In this document: piece by piece, positions 39,392 through 48,906 of the stretch | How positions within the stretch are numbered: the stretch's first letter is position 1 | Layout: each line of letters starts with the position of its first letter | Assembly: GCA_020353515.1 (NCBI GenBank) | Contig: CP070695.1 | Coordinates: 1,399,637 to 1,463,636, forward strand | Length of the DNA stretch: 64,000 nucleotides | Reading direction: 5' to 3' | Origin: Candidatus Heimdallarchaeota archaeon | GTDB taxonomy: Archaea; Asgardarchaeota; Heimdallarchaeia; Hodarchaeales; Hodarchaeaceae | Position numbers and translations under genes: made by a program | Notes under the pieces: model-generated | Database searches by the model: none | Told to the model about the DNA's origin: nothing | What the model saw: only the letters and a program-made list of their open reading frames with translations

Positions 39392-40435
39392 ATGCGTGTA
39401 ATAGTTAGTGGCATCAGTGGTTCTGGCAGATCCGACGCGGTTGCTGATCTGGAGAATTATATTCAGAAGAACTACCCTAAGAAAAAAATAGTTGTAATGA
39501 ACACCAATCGAATGATGTGGAAAACCGCGCAAGAGTTAAGAATGGATGTTAAACGTGAAAAAATGTTAGATCTATCCCCACCCACTTTTCAAGCCTTAAG
39601 ATCTACTGTTTTCGAACGTATTATTCGTGAGGTAGAAGAACACGAAGAAAAACATGATGAACTCGCAATTATAATTAATACTCATGCTACTTTTAGATGG
39701 AGAGAGCATCTATTAGCTGGTTGGGATTTCTTCTATTTAACAAAATTAAAGCCCGATCTGTTTATTACAATCATTAATATTATTAACGATATTTATGAAA
39801 CACTTGAAGCAAATTCACTTTGGAAAGGGATGAATAATCGGCTTCAATTAGGAATATGGCAAGAGGAAGAAGCCTTCACAACAAAACTCATGGCTGAAAC
39901 TTTAAAAAAGCCATTTTACATTGTTGCTCGTCGTCAACCACCTGAAACTCTTTATCGGCTAATTTTTGAGCATGAGGTAAGCGAAAAGGTTTATTTATCC
40001 TATCCAATGACACATCTCAAAGATGATTCAAAAAAAAACGAAATTGACCAACTGGCAGCAAAACTTAGAAAGTTAGGATTCGTGGTGTTTGATCCTGGTA
40101 CAATGGAATTGGAAAAAATTCACGTTGATATACCTGAAGACATACGTGTGTTTGATTTTTACCAAACAGTTTATCGCGATTTTCAACTTATCGATCAGGG
40201 AACGATGGTAATTGTGTATTATCCTGAAATTGTACACTCAAGTGGTGTCGTCAATGAACAAGCCTATGGATTTCGTAACAATAAGTACGTTTTTGCTGTG
40301 TTTCCTGCAGAAAACTTTAGTCCTTTCACATCATTTTTTGCTGATAAAACATTTATGTCTGTGGAAGCCCTCATACAATTTTTACAAGAAGAATTACTTC
40401 CTTCTCGTCAATTAATAAAAGATCAAGAAAAATAG
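39392..40435 (+). CDS. Fusion: archaeal adenylate-kinase-like P-loop domain + nucleoside 2-deoxyribosyltransferase-like domain
   Basis: N-term VIVSGISGSGRS, INTHATF, LKPDLFIT (AdkA-like); C-term KVYLSYPMT, GFVVFDP, RDFQLIDQ, SSGVVNE (NDT-like). Confidence 0.7.
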   Translation: MRVIVSGISGSGRSDAVADLENYIQKNYPKKKIVVMNTNRMMWKTAQELRMDVKREKMLDLSPPTFQALRSTVFERIIREVEEHEEKHDELAIIINTHATFRWREHLLAGWDFFYLTKLKPDLFITIINIINDIYETLEANSLWKGMNNRLQLGIWQEEEAFTTKLMAETLKKPFYIVARRQPPETLYRLIFEHEVSEKVYLSYPMTHLKDDSKKNEIDQLAAKLRKLGFVVFDPGTMELEKIHVDIPEDIRVFDFYQTVYRDFQLIDQGTMVIVYYPEIVHSSGVVNEQAYGFRNNKYVFAVFPAENFSPFTSFFADKTFMSVEALIQFLQEELLPSRQLIKDQEK

Positions 40436-40453
40436 AAGGAATTTTCTGAAAGG

Positions 40454-41608
40454 CTACTTTTTTCTAAAGCATAGAATGCTTAACATTACCAAATTCAACA
40501 ACACCAATCCAAATCCTGGTGTTTTTTTTACTTGAGTTTTTGATGATTCGTCTTCAGGAGGTATTGGGGGCATCCATGGATTGTCAAATCCTGTGGTATC
40601 TATATTTAATGAAGCAAGGTCTTCTTCACTTAATTTAGTCATTAACCCTGAATCCACTAAGGCGGTGTACCACAGATTGGCTGTATTTATCGCTGCAAGA
40701 TCAAGTCGTGCATTTATCATCTCACCAAGAATAGCCCACATGTCTTTGATTGTATCCTTTGTTCTTACCCCACTTGGTGCTAATATTTTGTCCGTTTCTA
40801 AAATGAAGGAAACATTTCCAAGACCTGTTTCAATAGAATGAAGTGTTTGATTGATTGGCGAATCTACATATACAGCAGGCTTATGAGTGAAGTTTACATC
40901 GGAAAGATACCCTGTTGTTTCATGATCTAATAATGGATATTCAATAAAAGAATGGATTCCACCTTGTCCTGTAAGTTGTCCATCATAATTAACTGTCGCG
41001 TGAAGTGGCATTGTAGCATCAGCAACATAATGGGCCAACCAACCCATATGGATTATAGTAAAATGCCAAATTGTGGAGTTTGATGGATCATTAGCAATAA
41101 GAGACATGTAATCCGTTACTTTTCTCGTGAAATTAAGGACTGCCCATTCAACTACCCCTTTCTGATACTTTTTACTTGTGCTAGAGACATTTATACTTAT
41201 AAATTCGATGTCTTCAGCCGTGAATTGGGCATCTATTAAATGTGCGTTCTCTGGAAGAGATACATTATAGATAGTGCCGTCTAGTTCCTTTGTATCATGA
41301 TCATCGAAATGTCGGGGGGCTTCTTCATTATATAGGTCCATTCGATAATATTTCAGGTGTTCACGATATTGATCTGGTCCATCAGCATGAATAAAAAGGA
41401 AATCAGAAGAATCTGTGAAGAATTCCTTCCAAGGAGAAGGGAGAGAAAGAATGGCTTGTTCAGTAATTGTGCCCTGACTCAGATCATCCCATTGTATCTT
41501 AGCTTGAGCTGTACTAGTTTGGCGTTCTATAATCATAGGAGTTACTGTAATAAGCACAAATAAGAAAATTAGAAAGATTCTCTTCTGTTGAGATTTTACT
41601 ATTTTCAT
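40454..41608 (-). CDS. Surface-anchored S1/P1 nuclease / Zn-phospholipase C superfamily protein
   Basis: Signal peptide, W near mature N-terminus, GPD, PRHF, LAHYVADATMPLH, GIHSFIE; C-terminal TPGFG + TM + RKK. Confidence 0.8.
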   Translation of the reverse strand: MKIVKSQQKRIFLIFLFVLITVTPMIIERQTSTAQAKIQWDDLSQGTITEQAILSLPSPWKEFFTDSSDFLFIHADGPDQYREHLKYYRMDLYNEEAPRHFDDHDTKELDGTIYNVSLPENAHLIDAQFTAEDIEFISINVSSTSKKYQKGVVEWAVLNFTRKVTDYMSLIANDPSNSTIWHFTIIHMGWLAHYVADATMPLHATVNYDGQLTGQGGIHSFIEYPLLDHETTGYLSDVNFTHKPAVYVDSPINQTLHSIETGLGNVSFILETDKILAPSGVRTKDTIKDMWAILGEMINARLDLAAINTANLWYTALVDSGLMTKLSEEDLASLNIDTTGFDNPWMPPIPPEDESSKTQVKKTPGFGLVLLNLVMLSILCFRKK

Positions 41609-41932
41609 TTAATCGCACACTCAGTGATTAACTCAAACTTCATGAACTGAATAAAACCAAATAAGTAGAAAAATATTTTGTTGAATTAACTGGATTTTGT
41701 TTTCAAAATGCGTATTCACAATGTGATACTTGTTGTTTATTAGCTTTAACAACTAGCAAAATTAATAAAGATGAATAATGTTGGTTTTAATGGCCCTCTA
41801 TGTGTATATATAGGATTATATATACGATCTATCTAAAGGGTTCGATCAAAAGATAAAACCAAGCTGAAGAAGAAACTTTATCTGTTTCCTGAAATAGCAG
41901 AAAAGGATCCATTCATTAAATGGTGAAATAAA

Positions 41933-42916
41933 TTGAAAAGAGGATATGAAAGAATATTTTTAATTTTAGTTTTTACACTTTGTTTGGTCGCTGCTGCTTC
42001 TATTAATGTAGCAGCCGATAAAGTGTCAAACCCAGAAATTTTGATCCACAACGGGTCAGGAGCTTACCATAGAACAGGTAATATTACTGACACAGCAGAA
42101 GATTGGGGTTATGAAGTAACTGAAGTCAAGAGTGTGAACGACTCCATTCTTAAAGGTGTAGACATTCTAATCCTGAATGCCAATGATCTCCTTTATACCA
42201 ATGAATCAGGTTGGATCAAAGACTGGTGGGACGATGGATATTCCAAAACAGTCTGGGTCGCTGGTGATAGTGACTATGGTGGTTACTTCAAGTATGGCCC
42301 CTTAAACGAACTTCTTGTTAATCTAGGTGGCCATATGATTCTCCAAGATGATGCCATTAGTGATCCTGAGAGTAATGATGAGGCAGCATATCGTGTTATA
42401 TCAAATGTTACCAATTCTGAGTATAATGACAATCTGACTAAGGGTGTCAGCCTAGTTGTCACACACAGTCCTTGCCCTGTTGCCCCCTATGATGGTGGAG
42501 TCAATGGCAAAGGAGATTTTGTCACTTGGGATTCATTAGCAACCGCTGATTGGCTTCTGAATAGTTCTCCCGCAGCACAAATTCTCGATCAGGACTTTGA
42601 CGACGATAATATATGGGAAGGCTACCCACCATTATCTAATGGGTCTGTGACCACTCTTGGAATCGAGTGGGGCTTAGGATCCGAAAAATTGTCCAAATTA
42701 ATTGTTTCAGGTGAAGCAATCTATTCTGATGGGGAAGCAATGTTTGCAGATAAATCAGAAAATGCAAAGATTGACATTGACACCATTAAGTTCGTAAAAG
42801 CCCTCCTAGAATGGGGAACTCCTGAGGCAGCTCCAGGAGCCGTTCCTGGGTTTACTGTCGTGCCTTTCTTCCTTGCTTTAGGAATTGTTGTAGTCATTGT
42901 CAAAAAACGCCGGTAA
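41933..42916 (+). CDS. Secreted PGF-CTERM-type surface protein (alpha/beta, GATase-like/ABC-auxiliary-like fold suspected)
   Basis: Signal peptide; ILIHNG, LKGVDILIL, VWVAGDSDY, LIVSGE; C-terminal VPGFT + TM + KKRR. Confidence 0.6.
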   Translation: MKRGYERIFLILVFTLCLVAAASINVAADKVSNPEILIHNGSGAYHRTGNITDTAEDWGYEVTEVKSVNDSILKGVDILILNANDLLYTNESGWIKDWWDDGYSKTVWVAGDSDYGGYFKYGPLNELLVNLGGHMILQDDAISDPESNDEAAYRVISNVTNSEYNDNLTKGVSLVVTHSPCPVAPYDGGVNGKGDFVTWDSLATADWLLNSSPAAQILDQDFDDDNIWEGYPPLSNGSVTTLGIEWGLGSEKLSKLIVSGEAIYSDGEAMFADKSENAKIDIDTIKFVKALLEWGTPEAAPGAVPGFTVVPFFLALGIVVVIVKKRR

Positions 42917-42920
42917 ACAA

Positions 42921-42942
42921 CTTTCCCTCTCTCTTTTTTTTT
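42921..42942 (+). terminator. Pyrimidine-rich/oligo-T archaeal terminator
   Basis: CTTTCCCTCTCTCTTTTTTTTT right after the stop at 42916. Confidence 0.5.
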
Positions 42943-43158
42943 AAGATGAAAGATAATTGAATTATGTTCAAGATAATATAGTTCACTTAAGGTTCTCTTT
43001 CTGAATTTCAGTTGTGAAGAAATAGACAGATTAATAAAGATTCTTCCTGTACAACTCTACTAAGGGTTCAATCAGTTGAATTCATTCGTCAGAGAAGAAA
43101 TTCTTGATTAAAGAGTAGATAAATCAAATAAAGCTTCAAATAATGGAGGCTTATGTAA

Positions 43159-44235
43159 ATGGTCGAAGTTCGTTTAGAAAATGTGACAAAGAAATTTGGT
43201 GATGTTGTCGCGGTAGATGATGTGTCTTTTGAGGTACGTGAAGGCGAAATTTTAACCTTACTTGGTCCATCGGGGTGTGGAAAATCATCCACCTTACGTA
43301 CTGTCGCAGGGTTTTATTATCCTGATTCAGGAACCATATACTTTGGTGAGAAAGATGTCACAAATCTTCCTCCACAGGATAGAAATACTGCCATGGTTTT
43401 TCAAAATTATGCTTTATGGCCTCATATGTCTGTACGTAATAACGTCACCTATGGGTTAAAATTAAGAGACGTTTCCAAAGAAAACCAGAATAAACGCGCA
43501 AAAGAAGCGCTAAAAATGGTACAAATGGAAAAATTCATCGATAGAATGCCAAATAAACTATCAGGGGGTCAACAACAGAGAGTTGCTGTAGCTCGATGTT
43601 TAGTGGTTAACCCAGATGTATTGTTGATGGATGAACCTTTATCAAATCTTGATGCTAAATTACGAATTGAAACACGCAGAGATATTCGAGATTTAGTGAA
43701 AGATTTAACATTAACTGCTATTTATGTAACTCATGACCAAGAAGAGGCTTTAAGCATCTCTGATTACATTATCGTCATGGATGAGGGCAGAATAAGACAA
43801 AGAGGAAGACCCCGAGAAATATGGGAACGTCCATCAAACTGTTTTGTAGGTACATTTATAGGTGAGGCAAATTTATTGAGCTTTACAGTTCAATCCGTTA
43901 CAAACGGTACAGGCATACTGAACATTACTGATACTGATCGTGTTTTAAAAACAAAATACGGTGTCGAATTGGAAGAAGGAGGGGAAGCAAGAATAGTATT
44001 ACGACCAAATAGATTCAAAATTGAATTAGAGGAAGATAAGAGTGCCAATCAGATTCCTGCGAATGTTAGAGCATTGATGTATCTTGGAACATATGAAAGG
44101 ATTACAGCAAGATTGGACAATGGTAGCGATGTAATTATCTATAATGATGAAGGTATTCCTTTGGAAGTAGGCCAAGATATCTTCTTAAGGGTGAAACCTG
44201 AAGATGTTTTTGCATTTGGCCCAAAAGCATATTAA
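43159..44235 (+). CDS. ABC importer ATP-binding subunit (FbpC/PotA/MalK-type, with TOBE)
   Basis: GPSGCGKS, VFQNYALWPH, LSGGQQQR, LLMDEP, VTHD. Confidence 0.95.
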   Translation: MVEVRLENVTKKFGDVVAVDDVSFEVREGEILTLLGPSGCGKSSTLRTVAGFYYPDSGTIYFGEKDVTNLPPQDRNTAMVFQNYALWPHMSVRNNVTYGLKLRDVSKENQNKRAKEALKMVQMEKFIDRMPNKLSGGQQQRVAVARCLVVNPDVLLMDEPLSNLDAKLRIETRRDIRDLVKDLTLTAIYVTHDQEEALSISDYIIVMDEGRIRQRGRPREIWERPSNCFVGTFIGEANLLSFTVQSVTNGTGILNITDTDRVLKTKYGVELEEGGEARIVLRPNRFKIELEEDKSANQIPANVRALMYLGTYERITARLDNGSDVIIYNDEGIPLEVGQDIFLRVKPEDVFAFGPKAY

Positions 44236-44270
44236 ATTAGTAGTTACAATATATTTAAGGAGATGAAAAA

Positions 44271-46397
44271 ATGAAACAAAGTCAAAAAAGAGTTATTTTA
44301 ATTATAAGCGCAATCTTCGCAGCTTATTTACTCGGAGCTGTTGGTAATATCAGCTCTGTGATTGGAACGGTTAAAAAACCACAAGCGACATTATTTGCCG
44401 TTACAAGACACGACTTCACAATTTATGACAAGTATGAAACCCGTTTTAAGGAACTTTATCCAGAATGTGGGGATATCCAATGGTTAGAGCTTGCTGATGT
44501 GGCTGCTTGGAGATCAGCAATCCAAAGCCCCAATTACAATATTGATATCTTATGGGGTGGTGGTCCGACATTCTTCAACGTTTTGGCTGATGAGGATTTA
44601 ATCCTACCGATTCAAGATGCAACTCTTACATCATATCTTGATGATAATGTTCCTGAGGAAATGGCTGGCGCTGAAATGAGCCGAAAAGAGGGTGGTGAAT
44701 ATCTATGGGTAGCTGCCGCAATTTCGTCATTTGGTTTTACCGTAAATCATAAGAACTTGGAAACTTATGGCTTGGAAGTTCCTAGAAGCTGGGAGGAGCT
44801 TGCCTCTCCTGAATACTTCCTGGGGACGACACAACATGCTATAGGTATGGGTGATGCTCCAGAAACAACCTCCAATACTAGAATATATCAGATTATCCTG
44901 CAGAAGTTCGGTTGGGAAGCAGGATGGGATATTCTAACACGAATGCACGGAAATTCGAAGATTTTTGAAGCTGGTTCGGGAGCAACTAGAGACTCCGTAG
45001 TCACAGGTGAACAAGCAGTTGCGATGACCATTGATTTTTATGGATATCAAGCACAAGTTCAGAATAAGGACTGCGAATATATTCTTCCTGAAAATGAGAC
45101 CTATATAAACGCAGATCCTATTGCGGTGGCATCATCTACTGCAAATCGGGATTTAACTGAAAAATTTGTTGAATTCGTAATGTCAGATCAAGGTCAAGCT
45201 ATGTGGCTAGATGATACGATTAATCGTATTCCCATTCTATATGATGCGTTCGAATATGCTGAAACTAACTTCGACAACGAACGTCCAGATCTAGAATCAG
45301 TATTTCTTAACCTCAACACTTCTGCTCAGACTATTGACTTTAGTGAGGATATTGCCCTTTCAATTTTTGATGCAATGCGATTCCACTGCCATGGCGCATA
45401 TACAAAGTCCCAAGAGTATTTATACGATACTTGGGGCGACCTCGTAGACCAGTATCGGAAAGGAAGGATTTCTGAAGCGGAATTCCGTTCACTTTCTCGT
45501 GAAATGAGTGATCCGCCAGTAACATTAAAGGAAATGCAACAAAAAGAGTCAGATTATGTTGCTGATCCAAATCTTAGAGACAAAATTATCAATGATTTCA
45601 AGAGTGCAGCGCTCGAACGATATGCTGCTGTCAAAGAAAAGATCGTAGAAGAGGTTAATGACTTTGATGATAAAGGGTCATACTTTGATGAGTATGAAGT
45701 TGAAATAACAAGCCCAACAGAAGATTCTACTGTAAGTGGTACTACTACAATTAAAGCAAATGCTGTAGAATACGGTGACTGGTCCTTTGTTTACGGAATT
45801 TCTAGTATGGCTTTTTATGTAAACGATGAGCTTCTTGAGAATGTGACTTCAAAACCATTTGAAGCTTCTTGGGATACAACTGGAGCAGCATCAGGGTCAC
45901 ACATCGTCAGAGTAGTTGCCAAAGAGTACACAGGAAGACTCACAACTGATGTAATCCAAGTAAATATTGGTACCTCTTCTTCATTCCCTCTCTTGAATAT
46001 CACTGCTCCTGCAGATGATAAAGTCTTTGACAATGCGACATCTATCTCAATTGATGTAACTGCAGAACAGGCTGGTGATTTTCAAATAGATAGTGTTGTA
46101 ATAGAAATTGTTGGTTCAAGTGGCCAGGCTTTATACAAGAAGGTCACAACAGGATTTAGTGATATCAGCGTTTCGTGGGACATTACCAAAAGCCTCAGTG
46201 GTAATTACACAATTTTCGCAGTTGCATTTTATGAAAACGGTAATGCGCAATATAAATCTGTAAAAATACTTATTCAGAGACCAATAGAGGATAAGAAGGA
46301 TGAAGCCGGACCTGGTTTCGACTTTATAAGTGTAACACTAGGAATTGCCGCATTACTTGGGATATCTATATTCCTAAATCGAAGAAAGAGAAGATAA
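44271..46397 (+). CDS. ABC substrate-binding protein (AfuA/FbpA-like) with two Ig-like domains and PGF-CTERM-type anchor
   Basis: TRHD, DILWGGG, AAAISSFG, PRSWEEL, TSNTRIY, IDFYG; ITSPTEDSTVSGT..F..SWDTT..GSH (Ig-like); GPGFD + TM + RRKRR. Confidence 0.88.
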   Translation: MKQSQKRVILIISAIFAAYLLGAVGNISSVIGTVKKPQATLFAVTRHDFTIYDKYETRFKELYPECGDIQWLELADVAAWRSAIQSPNYNIDILWGGGPTFFNVLADEDLILPIQDATLTSYLDDNVPEEMAGAEMSRKEGGEYLWVAAAISSFGFTVNHKNLETYGLEVPRSWEELASPEYFLGTTQHAIGMGDAPETTSNTRIYQIILQKFGWEAGWDILTRMHGNSKIFEAGSGATRDSVVTGEQAVAMTIDFYGYQAQVQNKDCEYILPENETYINADPIAVASSTANRDLTEKFVEFVMSDQGQAMWLDDTINRIPILYDAFEYAETNFDNERPDLESVFLNLNTSAQTIDFSEDIALSIFDAMRFHCHGAYTKSQEYLYDTWGDLVDQYRKGRISEAEFRSLSREMSDPPVTLKEMQQKESDYVADPNLRDKIINDFKSAALERYAAVKEKIVEEVNDFDDKGSYFDEYEVEITSPTEDSTVSGTTTIKANAVEYGDWSFVYGISSMAFYVNDELLENVTSKPFEASWDTTGAASGSHIVRVVAKEYTGRLTTDVIQVNIGTSSSFPLLNITAPADDKVFDNATSISIDVTAEQAGDFQIDSVVIEIVGSSGQALYKKVTTGFSDISVSWDITKSLSGNYTIFAVAFYENGNAQYKSVKILIQRPIEDKKDEAGPGFDFISVTLGIAALLGISIFLNRRKRR

Positions 46398-46461
46398 TTC
46401 TCCTTTTTCATCTTTTTTTCCAGAAAAAAGAAAGCAAATAAAAAACAAGGAGACTGTTCAA

Positions 46462-48795
46462 GTGGGATTTTCATTAGAATCGATTTCTAAAAACATCCAA
46501 AAACTAAGATTTGAACTGGGTAGAGGCCCTTCATTATTCATAACGTTTATATTCATATTTTTTGGTTTTTTCCTCATCATTCCGATTTTTACAATAATGT
46601 TTTGGTCTTTTACAAGCTCTGGGGATGTTCTTTCTGATCTAGCAGGATTTTTTAGTTATGTTTTAGGTCAAAATCCCACAGATTATCTCTTCAAACCCTT
46701 TTTTGACATTTTTTTGGACGAAAGTATTTGGGGGGGTAGTTTTAGTACTAGAGTAGCTTTTGAAGACAAATCAGCCATTTCAGCTTTATGGTTATGGAGT
46801 TTTTTGGGAATTATCATATTTCTATTTGTTTACTATCGCTATATTCGACCAAGGGCACAAACTCAAGATAGCTTCCTCGGAAAATATCTTGGATGGCTCA
46901 TATGGGGCTCACTCATTATCGCATTGGCTGGGTTCATTTATTATTTTTGGACTGAACTTAAAATGGTATTTGATGAACCGATTCCAGGTGGAGGAACAAA
47001 AATAATCATTCAGGGCCCCAATATGGGAGCTTTACTCAATAGTCTTATAATAGCGCTTGCTACAACCGTTTTATCAACTATATTTGGTATTTTTTTTGCT
47101 TTTATTATGGCACGATATACCTTCCCAGCTAAAGATTTCTTCAGACCATTTCTCCTTCTCCCACTAATAATTCCACCATTTGTATCAATCATTGGATTTC
47201 ATCGAATCATGGGTGAAACTGGCATCCTTAACGTTCTTCTATACGATCTGTTTAACACACGAATAGTGTTAGGCGGATCAGTTGGAATTGTGTTTGTACA
47301 ATTCCTACATTTTTATACTCTCGTTTATTTGAACGTTTACAGTTCATTAGTAAATATTGATCCAAGTCTTGAAGAATCTGCGGAAAATTTGGGTGCGAAA
47401 GGATTTAAACTAACCCGCTCTATCACACTTCCTTTAGCAATGCCAGGTTTAGCTGCTGGTTCAATTTTAGCATTTATTTTAGCTATTGAAGATCTTGGAA
47501 CACCATTGATTTTTAGTACATTACAGACTGGTGATAAATTTGAATATATGCCAACTTTAATTTTTCATAACCTCATAAATTTAACCCCAAGAGCAGATTT
47601 GGGATATACAGTCATTGGAAAATATGCAGCTTTATCAGCGATCCTAGTTGTTGTTGCTGTTCTTGGATTTATTATTATCAGACGATTCGTTTCCTTAAGA
47701 CATTTTGCAATGATCTCTAAAGGAAGAGTAGGAGAACCAAGAACATCACCAGCCAGTAAAACATTAGCAATAATCATTATCGTTGTTTTGGCAGTATTTT
47801 TACCTATTGCACTAATACCTCACATTGGAACAATGATCTATGGTCTGGGAGAGGACGGGTTCCTAATTTTCTTATTCCTTAGCGCTATCATTGTTGTTAA
47901 CATTGCCATTTTCTACTATCTAATAAAGAATCGCCATGGATCTGAACGAATTCCTGGTATTCTTCTTCTTTTAGTCGGAATAATCGTCTTTATTTTAAGT
48001 GGGATAGTATCTGGACTGAGTTATGTTGCAGAGACTCAACCTGGATTTAGAACATTTCTTGCGTATTTCGGTATTGGGGAGGTTCCAAGTCAAGCAGAGG
48101 CTTTTAGAGAGGGGATATTGACGTCTCTCTGGAATATGTTTCTGTATTCTTTCATTGCAACTCTTATAATCGTTACTCTTGCCACGGTAACAGCGTATCT
48201 CCTAGCAAGGAAGAATTTTCCGGGCAAAGAGCTCCTTGATACCATTGTGACACTTCCCCTAGCCATTCCAGGGATCATCATTGGTTTTGGCTATTTTATA
48301 ATGTTCTACAATCAACCTATTCCACTTCTTGAAGATTGGTTTAATCCTGCTTTCAATCCAGTACCCCTCTTAATAATAGGTTATACTGTAAGGAAATTTA
48401 CATTCACAATTCGAGCAGCATTTGCTGGTATGCAACAAGTTGATGTCCAATTAGAAGAAGCTTCTTTCAATCTTGGAGCAAGTCGCCTTAAAACACTTAG
48501 AAGTGTAACAGTACCTATGATAGCAATCAGTGTTTTCGCTGGAGGATTAATTTCTCTGGTCTATTGCATGTCTGAAGTCTCAACGACAATAATCCTCTTA
48601 GATTACACTTTTGATAAAAGCAAATTTGGCACAGCTACATGGAAAATCTGGGATATTTATGGTGATCCCCTTCCTCAGTTTGGGTATCCAATGGCAGCGG
48701 TTCTAGGTATTATCTTAATGTTTATTCAAGCAGCTTCAATATTTATTACGAATGTAATACTGAAAAGTCGGTCTGAAGCATTAACAGGTATCTAG
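46462..48795 (+). CDS. ABC importer permease with two fused modules (FbpB/AfuB-type)
   Basis: Two EAA loops (IDPSLEESAENLGA; VDVQLEEASFNLGA), PLIIPPFV, PLAIPG. Confidence 0.92.
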   Translation: MGFSLESISKNIQKLRFELGRGPSLFITFIFIFFGFFLIIPIFTIMFWSFTSSGDVLSDLAGFFSYVLGQNPTDYLFKPFFDIFLDESIWGGSFSTRVAFEDKSAISALWLWSFLGIIIFLFVYYRYIRPRAQTQDSFLGKYLGWLIWGSLIIALAGFIYYFWTELKMVFDEPIPGGGTKIIIQGPNMGALLNSLIIALATTVLSTIFGIFFAFIMARYTFPAKDFFRPFLLLPLIIPPFVSIIGFHRIMGETGILNVLLYDLFNTRIVLGGSVGIVFVQFLHFYTLVYLNVYSSLVNIDPSLEESAENLGAKGFKLTRSITLPLAMPGLAAGSILAFILAIEDLGTPLIFSTLQTGDKFEYMPTLIFHNLINLTPRADLGYTVIGKYAALSAILVVVAVLGFIIIRRFVSLRHFAMISKGRVGEPRTSPASKTLAIIIIVVLAVFLPIALIPHIGTMIYGLGEDGFLIFLFLSAIIVVNIAIFYYLIKNRHGSERIPGILLLLVGIIVFILSGIVSGLSYVAETQPGFRTFLAYFGIGEVPSQAEAFREGILTSLWNMFLYSFIATLIIVTLATVTAYLLARKNFPGKELLDTIVTLPLAIPGIIIGFGYFIMFYNQPIPLLEDWFNPAFNPVPLLIIGYTVRKFTFTIRAAFAGMQQVDVQLEEASFNLGASRLKTLRSVTVPMIAISVFAGGLISLVYCMSEVSTTIILLDYTFDKSKFGTATWKIWDIYGDPLPQFGYPMAAVLGIILMFIQAASIFITNVILKSRSEALTGI

Positions 48796-48906
48796 CTTGG
48801 AACTACGTATAAGATAAGGGCTATTGCAATCTTAGAGAAACTCAAATATGCATAGCTCTGACTGTTAACCAACCAACTATAGCAATTTATTTGTGAGGAA
48901 AATAAA

